From the NCBI GenBank assembly GCA_044892525.1, contig CM097886.1, forward strand, positions 120,032,001 to 120,096,000: DNA of 64,000 bases. The letters run 5' to 3'. This document shows positions 60,053 to 64,000 of the stretch, piece after piece; the stretch's first letter is position 1, and every line of letters begins with the position of its first letter. The notes below the pieces were generated by a model. That model did no database searches. It had not been told where the DNA came from and saw only the letters and a program-made list of their open reading frames with translations. A program made the translations under genes and the position numbers. Origin of the DNA: Schmidtea polychroa. Its lineage: Eukaryota.

Positions 60053-61139
60053 ATATATATATATATACAATGTTATATTAAAAACTCAATAACATTAATT
60101 TCACAATGTGAAAAATGTAAACCTTACAGTATATATAATAAATATATAAAATATAGAGAATGAAATGTTATTTATACTTTATTACAGTGAAAATTACAAT
60201 GAAAATATTAATAATTTATAAAAATTCATCTTGTAGAGAATTAAATCTTTTCTATATTTTATTAAAGTGAAAACTCAACAAAAATATTTTTACTATATCG
60301 AAAATGCCAAATTCAAAACTAAACATGTGTGTAACACACACAACGCACCAATGTCACACTAATTTATAGAAAATTAAATTTCATCTAAATTTTTATTATT
60401 ATAGGGAAAATTGAAATATATACAAGAAAACTTGTGAGTAACCAATTGCGGATTTAACGTTAAAGGGGCCCGAGGCGCTAAAGAATTCTAGAGTCCCATT
60501 AACTCATCTGGGTAGAAAATTTGAAAAAATAGGTTACGCATTTAAATATGTAAAAAAAATTAATGTATACAAAACTTAACTAATTTTATTTTAATTTTAG
60601 AAGTGCAATCATTATTCGCCCAATATACTTAATATATTTATACAATAGATATAATAATACAAATAATAACAATAATAATACAAACATATTGCAAACACCA
60701 AAAAATAATGTAGCTAATACACGATTTCATATTAAGTATAATAATGAAAAGTATGGCAATATTTATTTACAATTACTTTGACCAACCCAAATTGCACCAA
60801 GGGTCACATTGGCTACCTAATATTTTCCAAGGGCTGCACACAAATAAGAATAATTGGAAAAATTTGTTATCATTTTTCTGGATTTACAAATAATTTTGTT
60901 TTTATCAATATTTTTTAATGATAATTTTGAGGGGAAAATCTATATATAAAAAGAAAATATGTAATGAACGAACAACAAAATGTATTTGTTTGGTTGTAAA
61001 CAAAAAATACATCAAATGCAATTTTTTCAGTGTGGTATTCGTGTCTTTTCACTTACTTAATTTTTCTATATCTATTTCAATATTCGACGTTGCACAATTT
61101 AACTGATTTCCCAGATTTGACGCTCTATTTAAATTTTTA

Positions 61140-61770
61140 TTGTTTTTCACTTTAGAAAATAAAAGCTTCACAGACATGTAGATCCAAAGGCACTAACAAC
61201 TTTTTGGGCAAAATGTCTGATGCTAGGGAATTTTTTGCTGTTATGTATTTACTGCAAAGTTCAATTTTTAGAATCGCGGGGTATATATTTTTCAATTCAG
61301 TATTGCATTGTAGGTCACGTAATTCCATTTCTAAGGTTTCTGACGACAGACTTATACTTGCAAATAATTTACTTTTATCGAGCAAAACATCTTACGATGG
61401 CTTGAATACAGTCTTAATTCCCGATCCGAAAATCGTTTCAATTTTTTAGAAATTAACTGAAAAATTTACTTTGACGATATTGGATGATTGATGTAACGAT
61501 GAATTGAACATACTTTGTTGAGCTTTTAATTGAGATTTAAAACTGATAAGCTTATATTTTCTCACTTCTACGTCAAATTTCAGATAGTCACTATGTTTCG
61601 TTTCATGATGTCTTTTAACATTGGATTTTTTAAAAGCAGCAACTGTTTCTTTACAAATTAAACATTTATTTGGAGTTCTGCTTTATGAAGAAATAATCTT
61701 CCTTCCAGCGGTCATTGTATTTCCTTTATCATCCGCAAGTTTTCTTTGAATTCATTCTTAACAGCAAAAA
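61140..61770 (-). pseudogene. Internally deleted hAT (SPIN/Buster, GTF2IRD2-like) transposase relic
   Basis: N-terminal RWKEDYFF...KCLICKETVAAFK.NVKRHHETKH...LKAQQSMF and C-terminal ELRDLQCNTELK...CEAFIF, with the core missing. Confidence 0.75.
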
Positions 61771-61999
61771 AAATTAATGCAGCTATACCACTTACATTGT
61801 GATTAAAATATTTTGTCAGAAACACGTCTTATTTAAATATTTATTGTAGAACACTACACCTACATGTCGAAACGAACCAAAAAGCAATGAAACACGAGTT
61901 TAACCTCGCATCACTACTACACTGTAACGAAACGCTGCGTCGCTACAACAGTTGACATGCAGTGACCCGTAGCGGTGTTGCAAGTTTAAATCTTTTTCA

Positions 62000-63750
62000 C
62001 ATATCTTGACTTAACCACAAACAATTCTCTCCTCACCAGATGTACATCATTTGTACTTGATTCATCAAACTATTTTTGGTGTCTAACGTCTTTCTTTATA
62101 ATTTTTTATCAGTTAATAACGCTGTCTCATGTTCTATACTTTCAAAATCTCTTATATCCATTATAAATTGAGACAAAGAATTTAAGGGATTCACGCATTG
62201 AAATAAATTTGTTTGAACTTGTGCAGCTCATTCTCTGCAACAATTTATCCCTGAGAACGGTTAGCAATGCATTTTCTTACGTGTCTAAACAATTAAATAA
62301 TTTTGATTCTAATTTTATCATTAGTTTTTCGTTAAAATTTTCGCTAATACTATTAAGAAATGCTTTAACATTTTTATAATTTAATCTTAAAGCAGAAAAT
62401 GCACCAGCCCTTGCTGACCATCTCGTGTGATTAACTCTTTTTATAAGTTTTGAATAAGCAATCAACAAGTAGATTCCATTTGCACATAGACGAAGAAAAA
62501 TATACATAAATGTTTTATATTAAATCGAAATAATAAACAGCTGCCGAATAAGTCTCCGCATTGCTATTTCCAATTAAATTTAAGGAGTGACTTGAAAATG
62601 GAATAAAAGTGGCAGATTGGTTCAAATTCTTAATTCTAGTTTGTAAACCATTATACTAGCCAGCCATATTAGCGGCATTGAGATAACTTTGCCAACGGCA
62701 ATTTTTAGATCCAATGACAAGTTCGTTAAAATTTTAATAATAGATACTTCAAAATATTTGCATTCCAAATTCCAAACATCCAAAAAATTGTTCTTTTGCA
62801 CATCCCTCTTTTTGAATGTATCTTCAATGATTAAATATTTGGTTGGAAAAATAATGTACTGTTTGTCCACGACCATACTAATCTGGATTCACCAGATCTC
62901 GGAAGTTAGGCAGGTTAAGGCTTCGTTAGTACTTGGATGGATGACCGCCTGGGAATACGAGGCGTTGTGGACTTTTATTTGAATATTTAATTGATTTTTA
63001 TGCTTTACGTCTGTTGTAGAATCAACAATTATTGAATAGTACATAACTTCCTGAACTTCTGAAATTATTTTCTCTTTTACATCAGTTCCCATTAAATTAA
63101 TAAATTCATTACAAGTCGTGTGAGAAAGATAATTAACCCTGCCACTTCTAATATTACCATATCTCTAAGTGATATTTGAGAAAATCGTCAAACTGAGCCA
63201 AATATTCTATGAATTTTATAAAATTTCCTTTTCTATGTGAGTCAACACCTTATCGGTGTCCTCGAAATGATATACCCAAACTAGCTTATAATTTGATTGT
63301 TGCCACAATTCTCTTTAAAATTTCTCGCCAATATTTCTGTTCAGTTTCAATTTGTTGAACTAATAGGGAATCAACGCGTCCAGTTGTTAATAATCTTTTT
63401 CTAAACTTTAACTTTGATGAAAAAATGAACATATTTACTTGTTTCTGAAAAACTAACCACTCGCGAAATTCTTTTCTGCCGTTTGTGAGCTTGGCCTCCG
63501 ATGTTGACTCCAAATATTGGCGAAATTTGTTGCTCACCTCCTGAATCACTGAAGTTTTTTCCAAGTCGATAGCACTCATATTTCCTGAAAATAAAGCGAT
63601 CCACTAGGTTTGTGTCGTGTGAGCAGGCCGGATGATTTAATAGAGACACTCGATGTTCTTCAAGCCAAAGTCGAATCAACTGTGCTACACCAACATTAAA
63701 TATAATACATAAATTTATTAAAATATTAAATAAAATATAAAACATAAATT
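62000..63750 (-). pseudogene. hAT transposase relic, ZMYM1-like (DUF4371-type)
   Basis: YWREILKRIVATIK, YLSHTTCNEFINLMG..VKEKIISEV...YYSIIVDSTTDV and TRWSAR..A motifs. Multiple frameshifts. Candidate terminus CAGTGACCCGTAGCG at ~61960. Confidence 0.8.
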
Positions 63751-64000
63751 CATTAAATAAACAAAATATAAAATTTATTGCACAGAAACCGTTTGTAACT
63801 TTCTTTTTTTTAATTCTAATTCGATGAACTTGACGATTCCAAATCGATTACGTTTCTGTAAACTGGTCCTGGTTTGGTTCTCGTAATGTTACAGTAAAAA
63901 ACTTGCTTAAAGTGTGTTGAACTTGTGCAGCTTTTTTCCATATAAATTTCTTTATAGCAATTGATAGCGCTATCAATAGTTCGCGTAACCGTTATGCATC

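Noticed and set aside
60448-60490. CCAATTGCGGATTT...GGGGCCC resembling a hAT-like terminus
   Set aside because: No matching opposite end or TSD found.

Overview
Very AT-rich, repeat-dense animal genomic DNA with four N gaps. It is not prokaryotic, so the GTG/TTG starts in the ORF track are mostly not real. A triclad flatworm is a plausible source, but that is inference only. The main feature is a ~13 kb minus-strand Ty3/Gypsy-type element (33177-46234), 5'-truncated inside gag, with an unusual gene order. It runs: gag (3 CCHC knuckles); an accessory region (death-fold-like, ubiquitin-like, AT-hook, Bcl-2-like); an internal signal peptide; a chuvirus-like fusion glycoprotein IN FRAME UPSTREAM of PR-RT-RNaseH-IN; a second signal peptide, FN3-like ectodomain and TM; a small secreted ORF; an ORF with a catalytically degenerate DEDDh exonuclease-like domain; then PPT and a 1.09 kb LTR. 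Next to it is an in-frame Rab1::proteasome alpha-6 (PSMA6) chimeric ORF that ends in a related LTR. A complex duplication repeats 28962-34269 at 47396-52703 (ending in a solo LTR with AATG TSD) and adds a third partial copy at 46235-47394. The rest holds an intronless orphan 7TM receptor, one probable membrane-protein exon, solo/partial LTRs, Merlin elements with 8-bp TSDs, MITEs, and relics of piggyBac, Penelope, Polinton, BEL/Pao, MULE and hAT elements. All protein-family calls are motif recognition by eye, not database searches.
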